Positions 28,655-37,592 of a DNA stretch of 64,000 nt are shown here, piece after piece. Position 1 is the first letter of the stretch, and each line of letters begins with the position of its first letter. The notes below the pieces were generated by a model. The model had not been told where the DNA came from and made no database searches. It saw nothing but the letters and a program-made list of their open reading frames with translations. Origin of the DNA: Candidatus Limnocylindrales bacterium (GTDB lineage Bacteria; Chloroflexota; Limnocylindria; Limnocylindrales; CSP1-4); assembly GCA_038245515.1 (NCBI GenBank), contig JBBRSJ010000014.1:12955-76954 (forward strand). The letters run 5' to 3'. The translations under genes and the position numbers were made by a program.

Positions 28655-29272
28655 TCAGGCGCGACCCTCGAGGTCGCTCGGCGTGTCGATGTCGCGGAGC
28701 GTCGCGCTCTCGGGATCGAGCGGGCGCCAGGCGCCCTCCTCGATCATCCGGGTCGGCAGCCGCTCAAACAGGCCACGCAGGCTGCGCTCGCCGTCGGCGA
28801 CCAGGCGGGCGGCGCTGCTCGACGCGACCCCGGTCCGCACCGCGACCGGGAGCGGCTCGAGCCGGCCGCGCGACTCCAGGGCGATCGCCGCGATGCCGTC
28901 GTCGGCATGGACCAGCGTCCGGATCAGCAGCTCGAGGACCGTCGCGCGCAGGTCGGGCATGTCGCCGGCGACGACGATCGCAAGCGGTTCGGCAACGGCT
29001 TCGAGGCCGGCGACGAGGCCGACGAGCGGGCCGCCGTCGGCCTCATGATCGTGGACGGTCCGGATCGCGACGCCGCCGGAAGGCACCGCGCGCCGATCGC
29101 CGAGCGCGACGACGACGACGACGTCGGTCGCAACCGCGGCGACGCCCCGGATCGCGCGCTCGAGGAGCGGCGAGCCGTCGACGGAGGCCCGCAGCTTGTC
29201 CCTGCCGAACCGGGTCGAGCCGCCACCGGCGAGCACGATGCCACTGACTGCGGCGCGATCTCGGTCGGTCAC
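28655..29272 (-). CDS. mobA: molybdenum cofactor guanylyltransferase MobA
   Basis: LAGGGSTRFGRDK, GGPLVGLVAGL and AGDMP motifs. GTG 29272 overlaps the selB stop (GTGA). Confidence 0.85.
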   Translation of the reverse strand: MTDRDRAAVSGIVLAGGGSTRFGRDKLRASVDGSPLLERAIRGVAAVATDVVVVVALGDRRAVPSGGVAIRTVHDHEADGGPLVGLVAGLEAVAEPLAIVVAGDMPDLRATVLELLIRTLVHADDGIAAIALESRGRLEPLPVAVRTGVASSSAARLVADGERSLRGLFERLPTRMIEEGAWRPLDPESATLRDIDTPSDLEGRA

Positions 29273-31167
29273 CGCGGCGAGACGGGCTCAGCCACCGTCG
29301 ACGCCCGTGGCCCGGGCACGTGCCCGTCCGGCGTGCGGCGCAGGATCGCCCGGCGGTCGAGGTCCTCGAGGATCGCCATTGCGTACTTGCGGCTGCTCCC
29401 GGTCGCGTCGCGCAATGCGGCGGGCGTCAGCGGCGCAGCCGCGGCCATCGCGAGCGCCTGCGCGGCAACCTCGCGCCACGCCGCTGCGGACCAGGCGAGG
29501 TCATCGGCGAGCCGGACGATCCGGCCGTCGCGTTCGAGCAGCCGGACGCCCTCCGGCGAGCAGCCGGCATCCCGGGCGGCGGCGGGCAGCGGCGGCGGCG
29601 TGGCGCCGGAGAGCAGTGCGACCAGGCGATCCATCGCGGCGATCAGCTCCGGTGGAGGCGTCGGGGCCAGGGCGCCAAGCGGCCGGATCCGGTCGCCATC
29701 GCGCACGAGACGCCCGTCCGCGACGAGCGCATCGACCCGGTTGGAGACGAGGCGCCGAGCCGGGTCGACGGCGGCGTCCGCGGCGGCCAACGGCCCGACA
29801 CGGCGACGGAGCTCGGCCTGGCCGACCCGCGCAAGCTCGCCCGAGCGGATACCCGGCGACGCGTCGACGGCGCCGACGAGCGCCGCATCGACTGCAGCGG
29901 CGACGTCCGGCGCGACATTCGGTGGCGACCCGTCGAGGGCGCCGTGGAGCTGGACCCGGGCGTCTAGCCAACCAACGGACGAGGGCGCCGCCGCCGCCAG
30001 TGCCCCAAGCCGTTCCGAGGTGATCCGGCGGCGGGCCACGCCGTGGGCCGGACGCGGGTCGAGGATCCGCCCACCGGCCAGCGTCTCGACCGGCGAGGGA
30101 CGCCGGAGGACGAATCGATCGCCCGGCGCGGCGGCGATGGGGTGGGCCAGCCGGAGGATCGCCGACGTCTCGCCAGAGCCGAGATCCTGGCTGTCGCGCC
30201 CGGCCCGGCCGACGGCCGCCGCGACGCGCGCAGTCCCGAGATGGAGGACCGTCGGGGTTCGATCCGGTGGCAGCGACGAGACCACGTCGTGGCGCTGTCC
30301 GAGGTCGGCGGGCGGCCGCAGTGCGACGAGGACGCGGTCGGTCGTCACGATCGCGGGATCGTCGGTGAGGACGGCGCCGCGCTCGAGACCGGCGACGAGT
30401 TCGCCGCCGAGGTTGAGCGCGACCCGGCCCGGGACGCCCCGCTCCATCGTTGCGCCGTGGACCTGGACCTCGCGGATGCGGACGTCAGCGGCGTCCTTGC
30501 CCGCCGGCACGACGCGCAGCCGGTCGCCGCGCGCGATTGGCCGTCCGCGAAGCGTCCCGGTGACGACGGTGCCGCGGCCGCGGATCGAGAAGACGCGGTC
30601 GATCGCGAAGCGGGTCGTCACCCCGTTGGAGGCGGCGTCCGCAGCGCGAGCAATCTGGATGCGGTCCCGGAGGGCGGCGAGCGCCGCGCGCACCCCGGCG
30701 AGCCCCGCGCCAGTCGTCGCCGAGGCCGCAATGACGTCGATGTCGCGGAGCGCCGTCTTCCCGAGCAATGCACGGACCTCCGCCATCACCACGGCCACAC
30801 GCTCCGCCGGGACCGCGTCGGCCTTGGTCACGACCGCCAGGCCATCGCGAATCGCGAGCGCGTCGAGGAGCTCGAGGTGCTCTCGCGTCTGCGCCCGCGG
30901 CCCGTCATCGGCGGCGACAACGAGCAGCGCCGCGTCGATCTCGCCCGCGCCGACGAGCATGTTGCCGACGAGCCGGTCGTGCCCCGGGACGTCGACGAAA
31001 TCGATCTCGGGCCCGCCGTCCGGGGCGCCGTGCGCGTACCCGACGTCGATCGTCATCCCACGCTCGCGCTCCTCGGGCAGCCGATCGGCGTCGATGCCGG
31101 TGAGCGCTCGCAGGAGCGTCGTCTTGCCGTGATCGATGTGGCCCGCGGTGCCGACGACGACGGTCAT
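29269..31167 (-). CDS. selB: selenocysteine-specific translation elongation factor SelB
   Basis: GTPase G1 GHIDHGKTTL, then DVPGH and VVTKAD. The C-terminal winged-helix tail is SRKYAMAILEDLDRRAILRR. ATG 31167 overlaps the selA stop (ATGA). Confidence 0.9.
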   Translation of the reverse strand: MTVVVGTAGHIDHGKTTLLRALTGIDADRLPEERERGMTIDVGYAHGAPDGGPEIDFVDVPGHDRLVGNMLVGAGEIDAALLVVAADDGPRAQTREHLELLDALAIRDGLAVVTKADAVPAERVAVVMAEVRALLGKTALRDIDVIAASATTGAGLAGVRAALAALRDRIQIARAADAASNGVTTRFAIDRVFSIRGRGTVVTGTLRGRPIARGDRLRVVPAGKDAADVRIREVQVHGATMERGVPGRVALNLGGELVAGLERGAVLTDDPAIVTTDRVLVALRPPADLGQRHDVVSSLPPDRTPTVLHLGTARVAAAVGRAGRDSQDLGSGETSAILRLAHPIAAAPGDRFVLRRPSPVETLAGGRILDPRPAHGVARRRITSERLGALAAAAPSSVGWLDARVQLHGALDGSPPNVAPDVAAAVDAALVGAVDASPGIRSGELARVGQAELRRRVGPLAAADAAVDPARRLVSNRVDALVADGRLVRDGDRIRPLGALAPTPPPELIAAMDRLVALLSGATPPPLPAAARDAGCSPEGVRLLERDGRIVRLADDLAWSAAAWREVAAQALAMAAAAPLTPAALRDATGSSRKYAMAILEDLDRRAILRRTPDGHVPGPRASTVAEPVSPR

Positions 31168-32555
31168 TGGCGAGCCGGGGCGAGGCCCCCGATCCGGCGC
31201 ACGATCGTGCCGTCGTCGAACGGCGCGACGGTCCGCAGGTCGAAGACGATCGTTTCGTCGACGATGCGGGCCAGGATCCGGTCGGGGCCCGCTCGCAAGG
31301 CGGCGGCGGCCCGCGTCGCCGACGCGACGGGCACCGACACGCCGACCGACGGCAGGACCTGGCCCGGAAGCGAGCCGCCGCCGACGGGCGACTCGAGCGC
31401 GATTGCCGTCAGGTCGGTGCGGCCGGCAACGGCCATGACCTGGCTGAGGATCCACTCCGCCCGAACTCGGAGCGACTCGACCGGAAGGGCGATCATCCGC
31501 CAGACCGGGATGGTATCGGCGGCCCGACCGGAGCGGTAGATCGCGAGCGTGGCGGCGACACCGGCGAGGATCGCCTTGTCGGGACGGACCGCCCGTGCCA
31601 GTGGGTCGCGCCGAAGCTTCTCGACCAGATCCGCGCGACCGACGATCAGCCCGGCCTGCGGCCCGCCGATCAGCTTGTCGCCGCTGAACAGGACGAGATC
31701 CGCGCCGAGGGCGAGCCGCTCGGCCGGCGTGGGCTCGTGGGCGAGGCCGAACATTGTCGTGTCGAGCAGGGCCCCGGATCCGAGGTCGTCGATCACGATC
31801 GCGCCGTGGCGATGGGCGATGCCCGCGACCTCGGCCAGGTCGGCGCTCTCAGTGAAGCCGCTGATCGCGAAGTTCGACGGATGGATCCGGAGGACGAGGC
31901 GGGTCTTGCCCGCCGCGAGCGGCGGCTCGAAGTCCGCAGCCCGGGTCCGGTTCGTCGTGCCGACCTCGATCAGACGGACGCCGGCCCGGCCGAGGACATC
32001 GGGGATCCGGACGCCGCCGCCGATCTCGACGAGCTCGCCGCGCGAGACGACCGCAGAACCGCCGCGCCCCGCGAGTCCGACCGCCAGCGCGAGGGCGGCG
32101 GCGTTGTTCGACACCACCATCGCGTCCTCGGCGCCGGTCAAGGCCACCAAGTGGTCCTCGGCGGCGCGATAGCGCGGTCCCCGGCGGCCGGTCGCCTCGT
32201 CGAGCTCCAGATAGCCGTAGGAGCGGGCGGCGGCCATTGCGGCGACGCGTGCCGCGCGCGGCCACGGCGCGCGGCCGAGGTTCGTGTGGAGGATCACGCC
32301 GGTCGCGTTGATGACGTGCGGCGGGATCGTGAGGAGAGGATCGTCGAGGTCGTCGAGGCGGTCCTCGACTGCCTCGGCCAGGTCGCCCTCGGGCGTCGGC
32401 GGCGCCCCGGCGGCCAGGCGGCGTCGTTCCTCGGCGACGACCGCGCGGGCGAGGCGGGTGAGGGCGTCGCGTTCCGAGACCTCGATGCCGTTCGCCTCGA
32501 GGATCGAGAGCAGGCGGTCGACGCTCGGCGGTCGCGCGGCCGGAGCCTCAGTCAC
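31164..32555 (-). CDS. selA: L-seryl-tRNA(Sec) selenium transferase SelA
   Basis: PLP-lysine region FSGDKLIGGPQAG, VINATGVILHTNLGRAP, and N-terminal SVDRLL. GTG 32555 lies 36 nt downstream of tRNA-Sec. Confidence 0.9.
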   Translation of the reverse strand: MTEAPAARPPSVDRLLSILEANGIEVSERDALTRLARAVVAEERRRLAAGAPPTPEGDLAEAVEDRLDDLDDPLLTIPPHVINATGVILHTNLGRAPWPRAARVAAMAAARSYGYLELDEATGRRGPRYRAAEDHLVALTGAEDAMVVSNNAAALALAVGLAGRGGSAVVSRGELVEIGGGVRIPDVLGRAGVRLIEVGTTNRTRAADFEPPLAAGKTRLVLRIHPSNFAISGFTESADLAEVAGIAHRHGAIVIDDLGSGALLDTTMFGLAHEPTPAERLALGADLVLFSGDKLIGGPQAGLIVGRADLVEKLRRDPLARAVRPDKAILAGVAATLAIYRSGRAADTIPVWRMIALPVESLRVRAEWILSQVMAVAGRTDLTAIALESPVGGGSLPGQVLPSVGVSVPVASATRAAAALRAGPDRILARIVDETIVFDLRTVAPFDDGTIVRRIGGLAPARQ

Positions 32556-32591
32556 GATCGGGCACCCTCTCGTCGTCCTCCTGGGCCGCGA

Positions 32592-32688
32592 TGGCGGGAG
32601 CGCATGGGAGTCGAACCCACCACGCCACGCCAAGCGCAGCGTCACCGGTTTTGAAGACCGGGGGACCCACCGGGACCCAACCACTCCC
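32592..32688 (-). tRNA. selC: tRNA-Sec (anticodon UCA), 97 nt with encoded CCA
   Basis: Hand-folded. The D-stem is 6 bp (GGGTCC/GGGTCC with G-U pairs) with a 4-nt D-loop. The anticodon loop CTTCAAA has TCA at 32652-32654 (plus-strand tga). The variable stem is 8 bp, and the T arm is GTGGG-TTCGACT-CCCAT. The acceptor stem is 7-8 bp, with a G discriminator and CCA. Confidence 0.9.
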
Positions 32689-32827
32689 CCGCCAGCGATG
32701 GTAGCGCGGCGGCCGCGACGGACCGATGAGTTTCCCGGCGGAGCGACGTCTGAACGGTTGGCGCCGACGGAGACTCAATTCACGAGGCTTCGCCGGCGCC
32801 TCCGTCCGTCCGCCCTATCATCGGCCG

Positions 32828-33907
32828 GTGACCACGCTCGACGCCCCGACCCTCCCGCCGATCCGCCTGACCGAGCTGACCGACTGCGGCGGCTGCGCGG
32901 CAAAGCTCGGGGCGGACCTGCTCGCGGATGCGCTGAGCGGGCTCGGGGCGGGATCCGCGGAGCCCGAGCCGGCCAAGCTGATCGTCGGGCTGGAGCATGC
33001 CGACGACGCCGCCGCGTACCGCATCAGCGACGACCTCGCGATCATCGGCACGCTCGACTTCTTCCCGCCGCTCGTCGACGATGCCCGGACGTTCGGCGAG
33101 ATCGCGGCCGCGAACGCGCTGAGCGACGTGTTCGCGATGGGTGGCCGCGTCCTCTTTGCCCTGTCAATCGCGGCGTTCCCCGAGGAACTGCCGCGGGACA
33201 CGCTGGCGGCCGTGTTCGACGGTGCCGCGGCCAAGGTCCGCGAAGCGGGTGGCACGCTCGCCGGCGGCCACACGATCCGCGATCCGGAGCCCAAGTACGG
33301 GCTCGCGGTGATCGGCGCCGCCCACCCGGACCGCCTGTTGCGCAAGGGCGGCGCCCGGCCCGGCGACGTGCTCGTGCTCACCAAGCGCCTCGGCACCGGC
33401 CTGCTCGTCAGCGGGCACCGTCAGGGCAAGGCCGACGCGACCGATCTCGCGGCGGCCATCGACCAGATGCGACGCCTCAACCGGGCAGCGTCGGAGGTCT
33501 TCGTCGCCCACGCGATCGCCGGCGCCACGGACGTCACCGGGTTCGGCCTCCTCGGTCACGCCCTCGAGATGGCGCGCGCCTCGGGCACCCGCTTCGTGCT
33601 CATCGCTTCAGACCTGCCCGCCCTCGGGGGCGCGCTCGACCTGGCCGCCGCCGGCGTCGAGACCGGAGGGGCGGCCTCCAATCGGCGCTTCGTTCTGCCG
33701 GCTCTGGATGTCGCGGAGGGTGTGCCGGCGGAGCTCGTCTCGCTGGGCCATGACCCGCAGACCTCGGGCGGGCTGCTTGCCGCCGTGACGCCGGCGGCCC
33801 TCGACGCCGTCCGGGCAGGGCTGATCGACGCCGAGGTCGAGCACTGGATCGTCGGACGGGTCGAAACGGTCGATCCGGAGGGGGCGCCCGGCGTCCGTCT
33901 GGCGTGA
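32828..33907 (+). CDS. selD: selenide, water dikinase SelD (Cys-type)
   Basis: N-terminal LTDCGGCAAKLG (Cys rather than Sec), plus DDAAAY, LDFFPP and NALSDVFAMGG. The start is GTG 32828, with the ORF-track alternative at 32726. Confidence 0.9.
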   Translation: MTTLDAPTLPPIRLTELTDCGGCAAKLGADLLADALSGLGAGSAEPEPAKLIVGLEHADDAAAYRISDDLAIIGTLDFFPPLVDDARTFGEIAAANALSDVFAMGGRVLFALSIAAFPEELPRDTLAAVFDGAAAKVREAGGTLAGGHTIRDPEPKYGLAVIGAAHPDRLLRKGGARPGDVLVLTKRLGTGLLVSGHRQGKADATDLAAAIDQMRRLNRAASEVFVAHAIAGATDVTGFGLLGHALEMARASGTRFVLIASDLPALGGALDLAAAGVETGGAASNRRFVLPALDVAEGVPAELVSLGHDPQTSGGLLAAVTPAALDAVRAGLIDAEVEHWIVGRVETVDPEGAPGVRLA

Positions 33908-34578
33908 TCGTTGCCGTGATTCCGGCCCACGACGAGGCGCCGCGGATCGCGGCGGTCGTTGCGGGGGCGCGGGTCCACCTGCCGGTTGTCGTCGTCGACG
34001 ACGGCTCGAGCGATACGACGGCCGCCACAGCGCGTGAGGCCGGAGCCACGGTCGTCGAGCAGCGCCCGAACCAGGGCAAAGGCGCCGCGCTCCGAGCCGG
34101 CTTCCGGCGCGCGCTCGACGACGGCGCGGAGGCGATCCTCGCCCTGGATGCGGACGGCCAGCACGATCCGGCGGAGATCCCGCGGTTTCTCGCCGCCCGC
34201 CTCGCCGACCCGAACGTCGATCTCGTCATCGGAGCGCGCAACTTCCGCTCGATGCCGCCGTCCCGGCGGCTGTCGAACGTGCTCGGCGGACGAGCATTCT
34301 CGTGGGCCGTCGGGCGCGAGATCCCCGACAACCAATCGGGCTACCGGCTCGTGTCGAGGCGTCTCGCGGAAGCGACCCTTGGCAGCACGGAGACCGGCTT
34401 CGCGTTCGAGGTCGAGCAGATCACGACCTGTATCCGACTGGGCGGCTCGATCGCCTGGGTCCCGATCCGGACGATCTACGCCGGCGCGCCATCGCACATC
34501 CGCCCGATCGCCCACCTCCGCGAGTTCGTCCGGATCGTCCGGACCGCCCGCCGCGACGTCCGCCGCCGACTCGGCTGA
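33904..34578 (+). CDS. glycosyltransferase family 2 (GT-A, DPM1-like), 224 aa, soluble
   Basis: Contains VIPAHDE, VVVDDGSSD, QGKGAALRAG and the DxD-type segment LDADGQHD. GTG 33904 overlaps the selD stop (GTGA). Confidence 0.85.
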   Translation: MIVAVIPAHDEAPRIAAVVAGARVHLPVVVVDDGSSDTTAATAREAGATVVEQRPNQGKGAALRAGFRRALDDGAEAILALDADGQHDPAEIPRFLAARLADPNVDLVIGARNFRSMPPSRRLSNVLGGRAFSWAVGREIPDNQSGYRLVSRRLAEATLGSTETGFAFEVEQITTCIRLGGSIAWVPIRTIYAGAPSHIRPIAHLREFVRIVRTARRDVRRRLG

Positions 34579-34584
34579 CGGCCG

Positions 34585-34761
34585 TCACGGCCGACCGCTC
34601 GCTGGCGGCCCGGCGAGCGTCACGACTTCGATCACGACCCGGTTCGCGTAGCCGCCGACCACGTAGACCAGGACCAGGACGAGGGCAGCGACGCTCAGCG
34701 TGATCGCCAGTCCGGCGACTCTCGCTTCGTGGACGCGCGATCGATCGCGCTGAACGGGCAT
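34585..34761 (-). CDS. possible small single-TM protein (58 aa)
   Basis: Found by manual translation: MPVQRDRSRVHEARVAGLAITLSVAALVLVLVYVVGG... It has no clear Shine-Dalgarno sequence and is below the ORF-track length cut-off. Confidence 0.25.
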   Translation of the reverse strand: MPVQRDRSRVHEARVAGLAITLSVAALVLVLVYVVGGYANRVVIEVVTLAGPPASGRP

Positions 34762-34911
34762 CGCGGGAGCCTAGCAGCGGTGGGGAGGCGCTTGCGCGGT
34801 GCAGCGACCGACGGGGCCTACCGATGCCGCCCACCGTCGTCCTCCACGATCGTTCCGCCGGCCCCTGCGCAGCGATAGACTCCCAAGGTCAAGCGTTCGC
34901 AGGAGGCACTC

Positions 34912-36825
34912 GTGCCGAAGAACTACGTTCGACTGACCCAGCCACTCGTCCGCGACTCGAAGGACGCGCCGTTGCGCCCGGCGAGCTGGGACGAGGCCCT
35001 CACCCGGGTCGTCGCGGGCTTCCAGGCGGCGAAGGCCGCTCACGGACCGACGACGTTCGGGGTCTTCTCGTGCTCGAAGGCGACCAACGAGGTCAACTTC
35101 GCCGCTCAGAAGTTCAGCCGGGCCGTGCTGGGCAGCAACAACATCGACAGCTGCAACCGGACCTGACACGCCCCGAGCGTCGCCGGTCTGGCGACCGTGT
35201 TCGGTGCCGGTGGCGGCACAAGTTCATACCGTGAGGCCGAAGAGACGGACCTGATCGTCCTGTGGGGCAGCAATGCCCGCGAGACGCACCCGATCTTCTT
35301 CCACCACCTCCTCCGTGGCGTCCGCAACGGCGCCCGGCTGTACGCGGTCGACCCGCGTCGGACGAGCAGCGCCGAGTGGGCCGACGTGTGGCTCGGGCTC
35401 GACGTCGGCTCGGACATCGCCCTCGCCAACGCCGTCGGCCGCGAGATCATCGCCGCCGGCCTCGAGGACAAGGCCTTCATCGACCGCGCGACGAGCGACT
35501 TCGAGGCGTACAAGGCCAAGGTCGAGAGCTACACCCTCGAGTACGCCGAGCGCGAGACGGGCGTCCCGGCCGACGCGATCCGCGAGCTCGCCCATGCGTT
35601 CGCGACGGCCGACAAGGCGATGATCTGCTGGACCCTCGGGATCACCGAGCACCACAACGCGGTCGACAACGTCCTCGCCCTGATCGATCTCGTGCTCCTG
35701 ACCGGGCATGTCGGGCGCTGGGGCAGCGGCGTCAACCCGCTCCGCGGCCAGAACAACGTCCAGGGCGGCGGCGACATGGGCGCCCTCCCGGACCGGCTGC
35801 CGGGCTTCCAGCACGTCGAGAACGACGAGCTCCGGGCGAAGTTCGACGCCCTCTGGGGCGTCACCGTCCCGCCGAAGCGCGGCTGGCACCTGTCGGGCAT
35901 GTTCGACGCGATGGAGCGAGGCGAGCTCCAGGCCCTCTACGTGATCGGCGAGAATCCGGTCCAGTCCGAGGCCGACCAGAAGCGCGCCAGGCATCTTCTC
36001 TCGACCCGCGACTTCATGGTCGTCCAGGACATCTTCCTGACTGCGACCGCGGAGCTCGCCGACGTCGTCCTTCCGGCCGCCGCCTCGTGGGCCGAGAGCG
36101 AGGGCACCGTCACCAACTCCGAGCGACGCGTCCAGCGGGTCCGCAAGGCGCTCGAGCCACCGGGCGAGGCCCGCGACGACCTGTGGATCGTCGAGGAGAT
36201 CGCGCGCCGGATGGGCGCCGACTGGGGCTGGAAGACCGCAGAGGACGCCTGGAACGAGGTCCGGGCGTTGTCGCCGGTCCATGCCGGGATGTCCTACCAG
36301 CGGCTCGAGGAGCTCGGTGGGCTCCAGTGGCCGTGCTACGACGAGAACCACCCCGGCGAGCTGTTCTTGCACAGCCGGCTGTGGGAGGACCCGGTACCGG
36401 GCAACCGGGTGCCATTCGTCGCGGTCGACCACGATCCGCCGGTCGACAAGCTGTCCGACGACTTCCCGATCCGGCTCACCACGGGGCGCCGGCTCGACTC
36501 GTACAACACCGGTGTCCAGACCGGCGGCTACACCTCGCCATTGCGGCGCGGCGAGTCGCTCGACATGTCGCCGGAGGACGTCGCGGCATACGGGCTGGCC
36601 GAGGGCGAGCGGGTCCGCGTCGTGTCGCGCCGGGGCCAGGTCGAGGTTCCGATCCGTCTCGACGAATCGCTTCGGCCGGGGCTGACGTTCATGACCCTCC
36701 ACTTCCAGGACGACGTGGCGACGAACCTGCTGACGATCGACGCGACCGACCCCAAGTCCGGAACGGCCGAGTTCAAAGCGACCGCGATCCGGATCGAGAA
36801 GCTCGTGGCCCCCGTCTCCGCCTGA
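34912..36825 (+). CDS. fdhA: formate dehydrogenase catalytic (molybdopterin) module, selenocysteine-containing; lacks the N-terminal Fe-S domains
   Basis: ORFs 34912..35166 and 35197..36825 are in the same frame and are joined by TGA 35164-35166. The context NIDSCNRT-U-HAPSVAGL matches the FdhF ARV-U-HGPSVAGL active site. AGGAGG lies 5 nt before GTG 34912. Confidence 0.9.
35164..35195 (+). promoter_or_regulatory. UGA(Sec) codon plus bacterial SECIS hairpin
   Basis: After the TGA come 18 nt and then the apical loop GGTCT, flanked by GTCGCC/GGCGAC. The loop sequence and the spacing are the same as in the E. coli fdhF SECIS (UGA + 18 nt + GGUCU). Confidence 0.8.
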
Positions 36826-37164
36826 CCGCGAATGCGCGTGACGATGCCTCCCGGCTCCTCCCGGGCCCTCCCTCCCGGCCCCGAAATTGACAATCGAATC
36901 TCACCCGGGCGGTAGGCGAGAACGTTCTGTCCAGCGACCGCGTGGGATTCGCATGACAAGTACTCGATCGGTTTCCACGCTCAGCGGGGACGGAGTCGGC
37001 GCGGACGCGCTGTCTTGCGACCGTCTGGGATCCGTTTGACAAGAATCACGTCGGCCCCGGGGTGAGCGCCCCTGCAGACCGCGTTGAAACGGAGCGAGTC
37101 GCGCGGACCTCGGTCTGGGAACGCGTCGCGACAGGGCCAAGCGGAGCGCCGTTAGACTGCGTCG

Positions 37165-37592
37165 ATGACCCTCCCCGCCCGGATCAGCATCGTGACGATC
37201 GGAGTGGCCGATGTCGCCGGCTCGGTCCGGTTCTACGAAGCCCTCGGCTGGGAACGCTGCAGCTCCTCGATGGACGCGATCGCCTGGTTCCGGACCGCCG
37301 GCAGCTACCTCGGGGTCTTCGGTTGGCACGATCTGGCCGAGGACGCCAACGTCGTCGAGCCGACCCGCGGTTCGTTCGGCGGGATCACGCTGGCGATCAA
37401 TGTCGAGATGCCGAGGCCGTCGATGCCGCGCTGGATGAGGCCGTTGCGGCAGGTGGCACCATCCTCAAGCCGGGAACAGAGCTCCCGTTCGGCTATGGCG
37501 GCTACTTCGCCGACCCGGACGGCCATCCCTGGGAGGTCTGCCACAACCCGGGCTTTCCGATCGGCCCGGACGGCCGAATCACGGTCGACTGA
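37165..37592 (+). pseudogene. VOC (glyoxalase/bleomycin-resistance) family protein with an apparent 1-nt frameshift near 37407
   Basis: The N-terminal half (MTLPARISIVTIGVADVAGSVRFYEALGW...GGITLAINVE) is in the frame of ORF 37165. The C-terminal half (DAEAVDAALDEAVAAGGTILKPG...YFADPDGHPWEV) is in the frame of ORF 37062..37592. Confidence 0.7.

Noticed and set aside
33904-34578. The GT2 next to selD being SenB of the selenoneine (senABC) pathway
   Set aside because: To my knowledge SenB is a larger GT-B-type enzyme and is accompanied by an EgtB-like SenA. Here the enzyme is a 224-aa GT-A/DxD protein and no EgtB/SenA-like gene is present.
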